Positions 25,730-41,045 of a DNA stretch of 64,000 bases are shown piece after piece. The notes under the pieces were generated by a model that saw only the letters and a list, made by a program, of their open reading frames with translations, was not told where the DNA came from and did not search any database. A program made the translations under genes and the position numbers. Each line of letters begins with the position of its first letter. Position 1 is the stretch's first letter. This DNA comes from the human T2T-CHM13v2.0 reference genome, Homo sapiens: the NCBI RefSeq assembly GCF_009914755.1, contig NC_060930.1; one strand, 5' to 3'.

Positions 25730-25888
25730 GGCATAAGGGATCTTATTGGGGTGCTAGAAATGTTCTAAATATGGATTATGGTGATGGTTACACAACTCAG
25801 TAAATTTACTAAAAGGCAGTACATTTTACATTTAAAACAGGTGAATTTTATGGCATGCAAACTATACCTCAACAAAGTTGTTAAAAAG
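25730..25888 (+). mobile_element. L1MB/L1MC-type 3' end
   Basis: GGTGATGGTTACACAACTCAGTAAATTTACTAAAA...GTGAATTTTATGGCATGCAAACTATACCTCAACAAAG. Confidence 0.85.
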
Positions 25889-26710
25889 ATGTCAGGTGAT
25901 GATCAAGGCCAGAAAAGGCACTTGTTTGGTTGGAAAAGGCTTTTAGAAGGGAAAGAGTAAATGAGAGTGGTGGAATGATGGCAGGAGTGTTTGACAAGCC
26001 AGCCTAAGGCACCAATGGTACCAGAGTTGCAGAAAACCAAAGCTCAGGAGCAGCCCAACTAGTGACTGCTTGATTATCTGTCATCACTTTGCTTCAGAAA
26101 ACTTGGGGCTCAATGGTTGCTCCCAAAGAGTACCCAAATGCTGGTCCATGAGCTGAGACTGGGCACCTCACACTACAGGTGCTTCCCCAGCAGAGAGCAA
26201 TGTCCTGGAAGGGAAGATTGTTGTTCTGTGACCTCCCTTTTCCTCCCAATTTCTCCCCCTTCATCTTTGGAAGTTCACCTGATGGAAGTGGATAATATCA
26301 TACAGTTTGAACTTTATTATTATTTTGTGTTTTTATTTTATTTTTTTCTTGTTGAATCTTATGCAAGTTTGGTGTCCTGATCTACAAAGGCAGGAACTCT
26401 TTCTATTTCTTTGGCATCTCGCACAGCATCTTCAGTTGCATTGGAACTTTTAAAGTATCCTTCTGTTCTCTGCTGGCCTCCCCAGATTTCACTGAGCTGT
26501 GATTTGTGGAAGGGGAATATCTTCCCAAATACAAGTGTATTGGAATCAACCTTCCTGACACTTTCTCTAATCTGCCCCCTGCTCCTCCCCTTTGGTGAAT
26601 GAATGGCTAATGCAAATGGTCAAAGATTGATATTTCTTTTGGAAAATTATAAAAGGATGGGGGTATGTTCCTCAATAGAGAATGGACATATGTCTATCTC
26701 TCTAAAAACA

Positions 26711-26713
26711 AAA

Positions 26714-26748
<35 letters not shown>

Positions 26749-26749
26749 A
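26711..26749. repeat. (TAAA)n tetranucleotide microsatellite
   Basis: About 9 perfect TAAA units. Confidence 0.95.
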
Positions 26750-27437
26750 GCGGGCTCCGTCTCATTTGTCAGTTAAAAGGGCCACCTCCTCCTTGCTTTG
26801 TACACCAAAGCAAGCTCTTCCTATACTGATGATACTGATGAGGGGAGACAGGGATTTTCACTTTCTGTTCTAGCTTTTCTAACTACAACTAGGGTGCTAC
26901 TCAGGTGTCCCCTTTCCCATCAGTCTGTCTGTCCTCAATTTGAGGTAGGAGATATGTAGCCAAACCACATTCTCCAATTTAGCTGTTTCCAGGAAGCCTA
27001 AACCTTGGGCAGAGGTGTATTTAGATAGTTGCTTAGTCTGTTATAAGTCCAATATTTGGATTCTTGTTCAGATGTCTGTTTGGGCATGTCTGCTCTATTG
27101 GCCACAGCAATGGAGAGGAAGGAGAGTGAGTAGAAGTTTGGGAGCCCAAACACTACCTTAAACCCCTAGCATGAGATAAGTCCAACAGTTGGGTTAACCA
27201 GATGGTTGTGCAATTTTAGTTAAGATTGCCCTATATCTTAAGTAGTAATGGTTTAGGTGGGCAACAGTGCATTCTATATGTGTGTGTAATAGAGAGTTTT
27301 CATCCCCATGGCTATACAGAGCAGCAGTGGGGTGAGATTCTCAACTAGGTTACCAAAACTGTAGACCCTAAAGCCTACACTGATTTTAAGAGGACCCTGT
27401 TACTTTGTGCAAGACCTGCTAAGAAGCTTCTGAGTTT

Positions 27438-27825
<388 letters not shown>

Positions 27826-29315
27826 TTATCCTGTGGCAAAGCCTACATTTGCAACATGTTCCACATCCTGGTTTTCCTCCAAAACAGTTGTTAGTGACAT
27901 GTTACCAGCATAGTGCTGGAAGAAAATAGACCCTAAGTTAGTTACTATCCTTTTCAGAGGTGAAGGATGCATTTCAGCATACACCCCCATGCACATAGCT
28001 ATATCTCAAAACTGGCATTTTGTCCCAAAGGTCATCCCCGCAACACCTCCACACACCTAATTCTTCAAAATATGGCTGGCATCTCTCTAGCTTAGTGGTT
28101 TTGTGTCTCTCACTAATTATTTCCTCTATTGGAAACATTTCCACCTTTCTCCCTTTCTGATGGCAGGCACACTGAGAACTGGGATTGTTCAGAATCCCTG
28201 TGAGGGCCTCTTGAACTCTGTGCCTGCCCCCCAACCCAGATGGTTCCATGTGTAAAAGAGATAAAGAGTGGGGACAGAGAAGGGCCCCCACTGTGCCTTT
28301 ACAGCAGGAAATACATTACTGGGTTTTCTTGGCCTCCTGGCTGAGTGACCTGTTTATTTTTATGAATAAAACTTCATATTCGTTGCAAAAGTATAACAAC
28401 AACACTGAATAATAGTATACTATAAGACTGTGTTGTCTAAGGATACCAGTGCTCAGCTCAGGCTTCTGTTTTTCTGATATCGAGTAGCAAAATGCACCCT
28501 CTCCTTTTTGCCCCCTTCTCCCATGGTAGTGAATGAGCTTTGAAACCTTTTTGATTCTGAATGAGCAGCAGAATGAAAGGGCCTTCATTTAAAATGGGGA
28601 GGCTGAGCCAGCTTGCTTTCTCTCCAGCTTCCTCCCTGAGCTTAGCAGCCGACCTTTTGGCTCAGCGACGGGCCTGCTGGTTAAATGTAACCACTGAACA
28701 ATCACTTTACAGGATTTCTACCTTATTAAAAATCGAGTATGGCCACCAGGGATTCCAGCGTAAAGGTAATAAAAGAGCACCTAATAAAAACTTTAAAATG
28801 TGTTAAAACACACATGTTCCGAGACTGGTAGGTAGAGCAATCTTTAACCTCCACTAACCCCTGAAGACTAGGATTCAAGAACCAGAGTTTAAAAAATGAA
28901 ACTGGAGCTACAAAATTGGAATTAGAGGACATTTTCAAACTCTAAACATTATTTTTCCCCCCAAATTGTTTCCTAAATGGTGAACACTCATGCTGACTGT
29001 ATTGTTTATACCTGATTTACACTTTCTCTATTTCAAAATGTGGGAACTAGTTGTATAAATCTGTACAAAAATGTAAACATTTGAACATTTGATGACCAAA
29101 CCATGTTTTCTAATTTTAATTAATGAATTATGAGTTACATGGAGAAAAATGAGTGTCAACTTCTATAACCTTGGATGACATATATCTTACGGCAGGACAG
29201 AGGCACAGTTTATCTGTCACTATTCTCACCTGCTAATAAAGAAAAATATAGAAAATATATTTTCTGAGAACTTGCTGACATTGTCTTTTTGCTATTTTTC
29301 TTAGTTTTTTCTTAG

Positions 29316-29380
29316 GTAATTTCAGAAGGAATTTGGTTTTCAATGTAATGAAACATGTACATGTTCTCCAATGCTGACAT
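29316..29380 (+). ncRNA. Candidate non-coding exon (65 nt, or 76 nt from AG 29304)
   Basis: CTGAC branch-like motif near 29275, about 35 nt U-rich tract, TTTTTTCTTAG at 29315, donor CAT|GTAAGT at 29381. Confidence 0.35.
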
Positions 29381-30134
29381 GTAAGTGATTTTTCTTCCTG
29401 TCATTCGGCTTGTATACATGTTTGCATTTTCCTCTGGAAAAGGAATGCTGGTTTCCATCATAGGGAGAATTGTAAGACTGTGAGTACCATATTTATTAGA
29501 TTCTGTTTCTGCATGTGAGTAGAATTAGAAAGAGGGCAATGCAGAGGATAACAAATTACCCTCTCATTGGCTGGTGGTGACTAGCAGCTGCAGCAGAACA
29601 GCTAGTAGTCAGATTCCAGAAGCCAAATGTTCCTTATAAGGCGGCAGGATGTGGTGGAGAGAGTCTAGAACTAGCAGGCAGCTGACCCAGCTTGTTCTGC
29701 TTCTTCTGCTAACAACTTGTTTAGCTTTAAACAAGACATGGCACACCTTTCTCCCTCAGCCTTGAGGGATATTTCATCTGCGAAATGGGTGCATATGTGT
29801 GTGTGGAGGGTGGGAGGTGGGTAGATAATCTCTAAGCTCTGAGCTTTCACACTCTGATTATTTCATTATAGAATCAGAACAATTTGAAAGGCCCTCTTAG
29901 GACTTGCTATTTCATTGCTTTGCGTTATAGCAATTCTGTACCAAAAGCACGCAGGATAAAGGCAACCTGGTCTAAATCAATGATAAAATGATAACTCATT
30001 TAGGAAGTGCTTTCTCTGTGGGCTTCTAACAAATGTAACTAGGAGAAAGATCTTCAATCTTTTCTGCCCAGAGGATGGGGAAGAGGATGCCCCTTGCTGA
30101 AAAAAATAGATTGTGCCCCTATAAATTATGCTCT

Positions 30135-30240
30135 AATAAAGGCAAGGGGCTATGTGGGGTTTTACTCACCATTGTACTCTGAATGCCTAGCAAGGTGCCT
30201 ATAGGCAGTGAATGAATATCTGTTGAATGAATGAATAAAG
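30135..30240 (+). mobile_element. L2 3' end
   Basis: TCACCATTGTACTCTGAATGCCTAGCAAGGTGCCT...AATATCTGTTGAATGAATGAATAAA. Confidence 0.75.
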
Positions 30241-30632
30241 GAAACATTCAGCAGGGTCTATGTGTGACTAAGGATTTTAAAGAGATATCTGATTTTTAAT
30301 GGGGCAATTTCTCATGCCAGGAAAGCTCAACGGACACAATTTATAAGTGGGGGTAAGGCTTAGGGAAGGACAGATAAAGGAAAGAAATTAGACTGCTTTG
30401 AACAATAATATGGTTCTGCTTTTATTGTGAGTTAAGACTGAGTTAGGAAAATATTTCTCTTATTCACCATTGGTTTAGACCGTTACAACTTTCTGAGAAT
30501 GCTGGACAACAGGGATAGGTGTGTCTTCAGCTTACCTCTTAAAGATGACTAAATCAAGAGCCTACATCCATCTAGTGTTCCACTGCAGGACTTAAGTGCC
30601 AAAACCAGAACACACCCCTTGGGACATGGCGT

Positions 30633-31443
30633 TGATAGGGACAAGAGGCAGAGAAATTCTGGGCAGGAAAGGGCGGGGTCCCTGGTGAGGGCCCCACCCT
30701 CAAGCCTGGAACCATGGCCCAAAGCGAGAATTTTACTCCCCATTTTCTCACTCAAATGTTGCCTTTTCCAAAACCACCCCTGGCCCTCCCTGCCCTGCTC
30801 CTGTACCCACAAAAACCCCAGGCTCCACTGGCAGAGAACAGAGAAGGGGAGAGAGTAGAAGCAGCTGAAAGTCAGAGAATGCGGTTTAATTGTGGAGAAA
30901 AGCAGCTTGACTTCAGAGGAACGGCTTGACAGCATTGCTTCAGAAGATCACCTTCCTGCTCCATCCCCCTTTCAGCTCCCCTTCCTGCTGAGAGCCACTT
31001 TCACTGGCAACAAAATCCTCTGCATTTACCACCCTTCAGTTCATTTGTGCGACCTCATTTTTCCTGGATGCCAAACAAGAGCTTAAGTTCCATAGGTTCA
31101 GATGCTAAAGGCTGTCACACTGACCCTCTGCCCTCACTGGTGGAGAGCAACTGCCTTATGCAAAAAGGCAGAAGGCCCACTGAGCTGTTTAACACTTAAG
31201 CTGTCTGCAGATGGCAAAGCTAAAAGAGCACTGTAACACATGCCCTCTGGGGCTTTGGGGGTTGTAGATACTCCCCCCCAGATGCTGCTGTGGGCCCACA
31301 CGGAGTTTTGCTCCTGCCAGCACCCAAAAGCACTTGCTCTGACTCCTGCACCCACTTACCTGCGTGCTCTCCCTCCTGCAAGGGATTGAGAGCTGCAGGC
31401 TAAGTAAGGCCCACGAAGGGGTCAGGGAAAATTTCCTGCCTCA
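30633..31443 (+). mobile_element. MER50-family (MER50C-like) ERV1 solo LTR
   Basis: TGATAGGGACAAGAGGCAGAGAAATTCTGGGCAG...GGCCCCACCCTCAAGCCTGGA...AAATTTCCTGCCTCA. Near-TSD GCGT/GAGT. Shares blocks with 14826-15565. Confidence 0.9.
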
Positions 31444-34224
31444 GAGTGCCAGGCCATTGTGATCTATTATCCTCAAGGCCTCTGGTTCTTATTCCAGACT
31501 GAGCATCTCAGACCTAGGAATTGTGCTGCTGCAGAGGAGGTAGATACCATAAGTAGAGAGGGGTTTCTCAAAAGGTAGTCAGAGAGGAGTACAGGTTAGA
31601 AGGAGGTTGCTCTTGAAGACATGAGGACATGGGACCAAAGTTAGGATCTGAGATTTTCTGAGATGACCTTTATGAAGGATTTAACTTCTGGGGTATTTTT
31701 CTTTTGGAATATAAAAAATTTATGTTTAGTGCAAGGCTTAAAAACCTTCTTTCCTTTCTGTTGAAACTTCCCTTAATTATTTTAACCTTTCAGGAGATTC
31801 GGATAGTCTCACTTCTCTTGCCTTTTTAGGCACCTAAAAGAACTAGAAAAGAATATAAAAGGGTGTTTTATTTTAGACAGACCTGCCATACTTACTTTTT
31901 TGTGTGTGTGTGTATCAAGGAAACAGAATCCTACAAACTAAACTTTGGTACCCAGGAAGGTCCTGGGGAAGCCAAATAAATGCAGCTGAGTCACTGTGCC
32001 CAAAGACCACCTAGGTCGGCTGTCATTACGATAATACTTTTTCAAAATGAATGCCTATAAATGGGGCTCACCAAATTTTTGAGCATTTAACATTTTCATC
32101 ATGTAATCAATAGCAGAGATGTGGAAAAAGCAGCTTGGCTTTGTCAAGGACCATGTTAGCTCAAGTAGTTTGTATTACGGTAGGACCATTATTATTTGCC
32201 CAGACAACCTTGAATGCTTCTTTGCCATAATTGGTTAGTCAATTGGACAAGAATGATCAGCAACAAAGGCAGCACAGAAATATAAAGATCACACATTTGT
32301 TCTCATTTCCAGAGGAAATATTTTGGAAGACAGATTTTCTGGAGTGTCTTTTTTTTTCCTGGTCTCTAACTTCATTACCTAGTCCTGAATTCTATGATTG
32401 CTGTTGCTTACCCATAGATCATGATGATTTGGAAATGAGAAGCTGCCAGTCTAGAAAGCTCTGCTTTTGCCTGGTAAGCTAAAGACCACAGGATGCTGGA
32501 CGCTTTAAAGTGCCATTCAGGCAGGAAAATAAAAGTTAAGTCAGGCCTGGACACTAACAGCTGCTTTTTCAATCTGCAAAGCTATTCTTCTATAATTACT
32601 GAAGCCAGAAGTTGCTTAAACTGGAAAAAAATGTAAACTGTTTCTTCATTTTTATTGTTGTTATTATTAAGATAGCTTTTTATTCTTTTAGAAGACAATA
32701 CAGCCACATCTCAATAGCTTAATTTGAATAATTTTTTTAAAGAGATGAATTACCACATTTTGTTTATAATTATAAGGACCAATGGCTGCTTCAGGCCTCT
32801 GTAAAGCCAAGAGTCCATTTTCTGAGAAACAGAAAACAGAAAACTAAGCTGATTTGCCTGGAGAACTTCCATGGGCTAATGGTTTGAGAGAGGTTTTATC
32901 TCTCTAACGAGTGTAATATTAAAATTAGGTGGGTTCAAGAGGTTTTATTTTTGTAATATTTGAACTAAATATATGTAGACATCTGCAAATGCCAATCATA
33001 TGACTTATGTGGGCACAATGAATTGTTTGTGCTCACACATATGCTGACAGCATTTGTTTTATGCACCTGCTTCTTCTCCAGTTCCAGTTTGGTTCGATCT
33101 TTTGATTATGTTTTAATGTGCAGGCGTTTGCTGAAGTGTAACCACTTACAGAGCATCTGGGCTCGTATGGGTTTTCAAACTGAATCCACATTTTAACAGT
33201 TTCTCACCTCTCTATCTGGATTAGAAAAAACCGACATCATCGTAACCAATGTTAATCATTCTTTCACATTCCAAAGTGCTGACATTTGCTTCTTGGTTAT
33301 AATCCTCAATTTGGAGTTTGGCTCCTTGCTTTGTCTCAGGTTCCCATGGGCCTTACAATAATGCTTATCATTTGCATAGCACTTTTAAAGCCCCTTTCAA
33401 TTGTTAATTAATTAATTCATAAGATGTCCTTTCACAATCTCCACTTAATGCATAAATAAGCAAACTGGGCCAAACAGAGGTTAAATGACTAGGGCAGAAC
33501 CATATGTGGATATGGCTAGTCCTTTCATTTATTTTTTTTAAATTTCCAGAAAGGAAGACACATTTTAATTCCAGGGCTCACCAAAATTTGCAACTTCTAC
33601 ATCACACTACACGGTCAGTTCATGAACTGGGGCAATCTGGGGAAATACTTGCTTTGGTATAGTGTTAGGTGTTCAAGTGGAAATGAGAAGTCCTGGGTGA
33701 CTTCCTAAGATCATGGAACCCTCTCTGATCTACAGGCTCAGGCCAAGCCTTAGAATAGGATGAGCTCTCCAACTTTGTTTTAAGGATAAGCTATTTTTTG
33801 ATGTTTTCTGAAATGTAAGAATGATTGCCCTGGAATGTCATATTGCTCTGGATAGTAGAAATAAAAAACATAAAATGGGAAAGGCTTTTCTTACTAAATG
33901 CCTGAGAAAAGTGTGCTTTTTCTGGTCCTTGTCACACTTGGGATCTACTGGGCACCTTTAGCATCTGGTGTACTGCAAGACTTCAGTAAAGACCTGCTTA
34001 ATTGGCTGTTACCCTGAGTTCAGAACAGCATCTAAGCTGGGAAGAACAGCTTCTGCTCTAGAGAAAGAATGAAGAAAAGATGGGAAACAGCTGGTTGAGA
34101 AGGTGTCTATCTGAGGGGAATAGGTGGGGGAGAAGAGGCAAGCCACCAGAGAGTAGTGATTACTTCTGAGATGGTCACTAGGTTTCCTGTACCCAAGTGC
34201 CATAAAAGCAATTAAATGGGATAT

Positions 34225-34691
34225 TATCTCAGTTTCCTAGGGCTACTATAACAAATTACCACAAACGGGGGGTTTCAAACAGCAGAAACTTATTCTTTCA
34301 CAGTTCTGGAGGCAAGAAGTCCAAATTCAGCAGGGTTGGTTCTCTTTGGAGGCTCAGAGGGAGAATTCATTCCATGCCATTCTCCAAGCATCTCATGGGT
34401 GCCGGCCACCACTGGTGTTCCTTGGCTTGCACCTGTGTAACTGTAGTCTCTGCCTCCATCTTCTCATGGCCACCTTCTCCCCGCGTCTCTGTGTCTCAAA
34501 TGTCCCTCTGCTTTCTCTTTCAAAGACATCAATCATTGGGTTTAGAACTCCCACTAAATCTAGGATGATCTCATCTCTCTTAACCTTAATTATATTTGCA
34601 AAGACCTTATTTTCAAATAAAGTCTTACTCACAGGTACCAGAGATTAGGACTTGGATATATCCTTTTGGACACACAATTCAACCCACTACA
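34225..34691 (-). mobile_element. MLT1C-like MaLR solo LTR
   Basis: AGTTTCCTAGGGCTACTATAACAAATTACCACAAAC...TTCAACCCACTACA. Perfect 5-bp TSD GATAT (34220-34224, 34692-34696). Confidence 0.92.
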
Positions 34692-35179
34692 GATATCATT
34701 CTTCCAACCTCAGGTCTGAGGAGAAGCTGAAATAGTGACTGGGCAGTGCAAACTTGGGTTTCCAGATGGAGATGGCCAGCAAGTGTTTCTGGAGCCAGAG
34801 CTGACAAATGCATCCTTCTACCTCTCTTCATCCAGCTCAATGCTCAACTAGAGGGAGGAGTTGCTCTGCAGCCCCAAGAGTCCCCACCGTATCTGGTGTC
34901 TGTGGGAGAAAGTCTGCTTTCTGGATGGCAGAGACGACCTTCACGCCATGCACACCAGCAGGCAGACACTTCCCCTTCCTCCTGGCCCTGATCCTAATGA
35001 TGATTCCTTAGGCATCTGGAAGAGAAGGGTAGCTCTATAATTCCTGGGTTCATGAACATTGTAAATGGGAGATTTCTCTGCTCATGGTAATACATGGGAG
35101 ACAAGTCTGGGTACTCTAGCACTGTTTTTGTGCTGACCTGATCCTCCCGTTCTCTCCCCAAACACCCCAAATTTTCTCT

Positions 35180-36870
<1,691 letters not shown>

Positions 36871-37957
36871 CAGTGCAAATGTGAGAATACTGTAAAAGGT
36901 CCTCAACATGTTCTCAGGAGGCCAACAAGGGTGACTGGCAAAACACTGAAGATTGCAAAACCCATTTGCTAACCCTGCCCATGTTTATAAATAATCAAAG
37001 CCAGAGGTTTGGAGTAAGTCAAGCCCATGTCTTCTGCAGGTATGGACTCAGATTCAGCTAATACTTAGCATCTACTTCTTTGCCACATGCTATCTTATTT
37101 AGTCTTACAAAAAAGCTGCAGTCATGACTTTCCTTTTTCAGTTCTGAAACCAAGGCACAGGGAGGGTTAAATGTTGCTTTAAGCAAGAACTGTGCTTGAA
37201 TTTACATCTTTTATCAGTTAGGTGAGTGTTCTTTTATGTAGGGAGATGCACAAGTCAGGAGTGTGCCAGCTTCTGGGAGGCTGTGGAGGAGAGATGGGGA
37301 GGACCAGGGTAGCATAGGACCCATGCTTGGTGATAGCTCAAAGGAAACAGCCACACAGAGAAGAAAAACATTAGCATATATTTGTGACAAAGACTTGTAA
37401 GGCCTATGAAGAAGTGATTTGAGTAGGCATGTCAAAGGTCCATTAACCAAAAAGCAGAAGACACAGCTCTCTAAGTGTGACAGGAAGTATTTGTCATACA
37501 GTTGTACTGTCACGGATGGGAGCCACCAGCAGCTGTTGTGTGCTGTTTGCACATTAACCACACAATCGTGGAGATTGATTTGGGAGCCTAGTCCCTGCCC
37601 CACTCCCCTGTCAGCCTTCACCTGTCTGCTCCCTCCTCTCTCCTTCCTACCCCACTGTTCACTCACCCCTGCCCCCTGGCCCACCTCCTCTTCCATCTGG
37701 ATGCCTCAGAGCAGATGTGGACACAGCCATATGTTCCATCGCTCTGACTAATGCTGCTGTGCTTCTAGGTTGGCTCAAGTTGGATTGTGATTAGTGTTTA
37801 CTGCTATTATCACTAGATCAGATAATGGTGATGGTTATTGATTTGCCTAGCACAAACCTCTTTGTTTATTAGGAGCCTTGTACATAATGAAGGGAACACA
37901 CCGAAAGACAAACAAAAAATATTTGTATTTATTTATTGAAAATGGGCAGTGCAAGAC

Positions 37958-38330
37958 TGTGTCCTTGGCTCTGTCCTGTTGAACATTTTCATTAGGGACT
38001 TGGATCAAGACTTAAGAGACCTGCTGATCAAATTTGCAGTTGGCACAAAGCGGGGCAGGACGGCTAATAGGCTAGATAAGAAGAGCAGATTTTAAAAAGA
38101 TCTTGACAATTGGAACAAAAAGCCAAACCAACAGAAAAAAATTTAATAAGAAACTTAAGGTCTTGTACTTGGGTAAATAAAAATCTGCTTCAAAAGTATA
38201 TAGGATAGGAGGAGAGACTTTTCTTTGTAGCAGTTCTAGGGAAAACAACTAAGGACTTTTAGTAGATGTCGGCTCTACCATGAGTTAACGAAGAAGGTGA
38301 TGCAAATTAGGCTGCATGAATAGAGGCCCT
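37958..38330 (+). mobile_element. CR1/L3 LINE reverse transcriptase remnant
   Basis: Translates as VLGSVLLNIFIRDLDQDLRDLLIKFAVGTKRG...KDLD...KVLYLG, matching CR1 VLGPVLFNIFINDLD...KFADDTKLGG...DLD...KVLHLG. Confidence 0.85.
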
Positions 38331-38460
38331 GAACAGATCCCCACATCTGCAGGACTCCGAGTGTCTATCACATTGAAGATAAAAATACAAACATGTTATT
38401 GATTGATTGATGATTGATGGATTGAAAACAATTTTAAATTCTTCCTTAAAAATTATCAGA

Positions 38461-38769
38461 GGCCAGGCGTGATGGCTCACACTTGCAATCCCAGCACTTT
38501 GGGAGGCTGCAGTGAGTGGATTGCTTGAGCCCAGGGGTTTGAGACCAGCCTGGGCAACATGGTGAAACCCCATCTCTACAAAAAATACCAAAAAAATTTA
38601 GCCAGGTGTGATGGCACACCTATAGTCCCATCTACTTGGGAGGCTAAGATGGGAAGATTGCTTGGCCCCAGGAGGCTGAGGTTCTGCTAAGTTGAGATTG
38701 CTCCACTGCACTCCAGTCTGGGTGACAGAGTGAGACCCTGTCTCAAAAATAAATAAATAAATAAATAAA
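38461..38769 (+). mobile_element. AluJ-like
   Basis: TTGCTTGAGCCCAGG...CCTGGGCAACATGG; (TAAA)n tail. Confidence 0.95.
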
Positions 38770-40244
38770 TCAGAGTAACAAGAGTTAACTGCAGGTAATG
38801 AAACATTATAGGTATATTAAAAAAAATTCTTCCTTCTAACATCCCCCAAAACAGATAACACATGTTAACAACTTGGTGTGTATCCTTCTGTGCTGTTACT
38901 CATGCTGAGACAAACATATCAAAACAAACCCACAAGTATATAAGATTTTTGTTGGGATTTTTGGTTTTTCATAAAGTGGACAAACCCATTTTCTCCATCT
39001 TTCTTCACTTAAGGATACATCATTGACACCTCTCCAAAATTAATTTTAAAATGCTTAATGTTCCAGAAATATGGATGTGGTATCATTTATTCATCCCTTA
39101 ATCAATGTCACATTTAAGAGGGATATGGGCAAATAGGGCAGGGGATGATGTTCCAGGGCAGGATGGCAGAAGTGGAGCCAGAAGCCATGACATAGAAAAA
39201 AGGACTGATGCAACCAGAGATGCTTAACTGGGAGAATAAAAGGTGGGTGGAAGAAGGGGAGGGTTGGTTGGGTTCATCAGTTAATATTGGAGCTTTGCTC
39301 AGACTGGGGTTGAACAGGTTAGTAATTCTATGGTTAGTGTTTGATTCCTTGTCAAGACAGGTCTAGGGAAGTGGGGAGGGTGAAGACTCTATTTCCTTCA
39401 GTGATTGGAGGGTTGTGCAAAACAGCAGCCTTTGGGGTTACCAAGCGTGGCCCACCCTATCCCCAGAGAGCTGGCGGGCTCTGTGGAACAACCTCCACAG
39501 TAAGCACATTATAAAAACATTAGGCGAAATAATAAAAATAATGACATTAAAAAGAAAAATTGTTGTAGAAACCAAACAAACCCAGACCTACAGCCGAGGC
39601 AGGCACCAGCCGGGATGTTGTTAGCATGCTTAGGAGAAATTTGATTTCGATGAATTTCGTTGTCAGTGTAACCAGGGCATGAATCACCCTCCTCCGCCCT
39701 TTCTCATCGTTCTAATACCAAGATTTAGAGAACATGGCATTAGAGAGATAAAGAGGTTCACAAACAGTATCAGCCAGGAGCCCCCCGGGCCCAAAAGCAG
39801 CACCAGGCTCAGCCAGGAGGCAGCTTTCTGCTGTTATGGGCCTATAAATCTGAAGGCATCTGAACCCCTGCGGGATCTGAAGCCATCAACTCTGAGACCA
39901 GAACTGTCACCTTTTCTGCTCCCAACCTCTTCCTCCCACCACAGTCCACCTGACCATGGGGTGAGAAATGAGGTTTCTCACTAGAAGCAAGTTCTGGCAG
40001 AGCAGGGGCCTGGCCACACCAGTGCTGTAGCAAGCAGCTTGCACTGGCTTCCAGGGTTTGCATCCGTGGTGACAAATGTACTCTCCTGAGGTGGCTAGGA
40101 AAAGCCACCTGTCCTGCCAGACACAGGGATGCAACGCCAGTGTAGGATCTGGAGGATCCCACATGCAGCATTGGGGCAGATGGTCACAGTCTGGTGACTG
40201 GGGAATCCCCAACGGCCCTGAAACCATGCTCTCAGTTTTATTTT

Positions 40245-40480
40245 TAGCTAATATGTACTTGATCCTTTCCCACGTGCCAGACATAGTGCCAGGTGCTTCC
40301 TGTGGATCATCTCCATCCGTGTTCCCAGCCCTCTGCTAGCTACTGGTGCACATACTTTACACATGAGGAGACTGAGGCTCAGGGAGATGAAGTTACCTGG
40401 CCCAAGTCACTCAGCTGGCCAGGAGTGGAGCCAGGGCTTGACCTGAGGTCTGCCCAACTCCAGCATTTATACCCTTTCCA
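40245..40480 (-). mobile_element. MIR, near full length
   Basis: ATGAGGAGACTGAGGCTCAGGGAGATGAAGTTACCTGGCCCAAGTCACTCAGCT core. Confidence 0.85.
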
Positions 40481-40834
40481 TTAAGAGTTGATGATGCCTC
40501 ATGGCCATGAGAAGGGACTACGGGGAAAAGTGGGCTTTCCTAAAGCCTTTGCTTTCTCTCATCTGATTACAAATCCAACCAATTTCATGCGTTCCAATTC
40601 GAAGTGCTCAACCTACCCTCATTTATCTATAGTTCGTCACAGCCCTCAAGATTGCTTAGGGGATGGGGGACCTGTCTTAGTAATACCAGTGCTTCAGGCC
40701 GTTACCACTCACACAGGTGACAAAAACAGGGACTAGAAATTAGAATTAGAGAAATCCACAAAGCGCTGAGGTTGGCTGTCTTGTGGTGGCGTTTCTCAGA
40801 TACCAGGGCCCACTGATTTATTTCCCTCAAGGAG

Positions 40835-41045
40835 AGGCAGTGAAAAACAGTGGTTAGGAAAATAGTCATGAAACATGGATTCTGGAGTTGAGTGATCTGG
40901 GTTTAAGTCCCAGTTCTGGCTGTGACTTTGGGCAAGTTACTTAACCTTGTATAAAACAGGAATAATAATAAGATTAAATGAGCTCTTGTATACAGAGTTG
41001 TCAGCTTAGTCCCTTGCACAAAGTAGGTATTCAGTACATACTATC
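40835..41045 (+). mobile_element. MIR
   Basis: TCTGGAG...CTGGGTTTAAGTCCCAGTTCTG..CTGTGACTTTGGGCAAGTTACTTAACCT. Confidence 0.8.

Noticed and set aside
28735-28760. CTCF-like GGCCACCAGGGA
   Set aside because: It lacks the essential 3' GGC part of the core motif.
37214-37751. Overlapping 160-aa and 110-aa ORFs
   Set aside because: Driven by purine/pyrimidine-skewed low-complexity sequence; no motif or splice structure.
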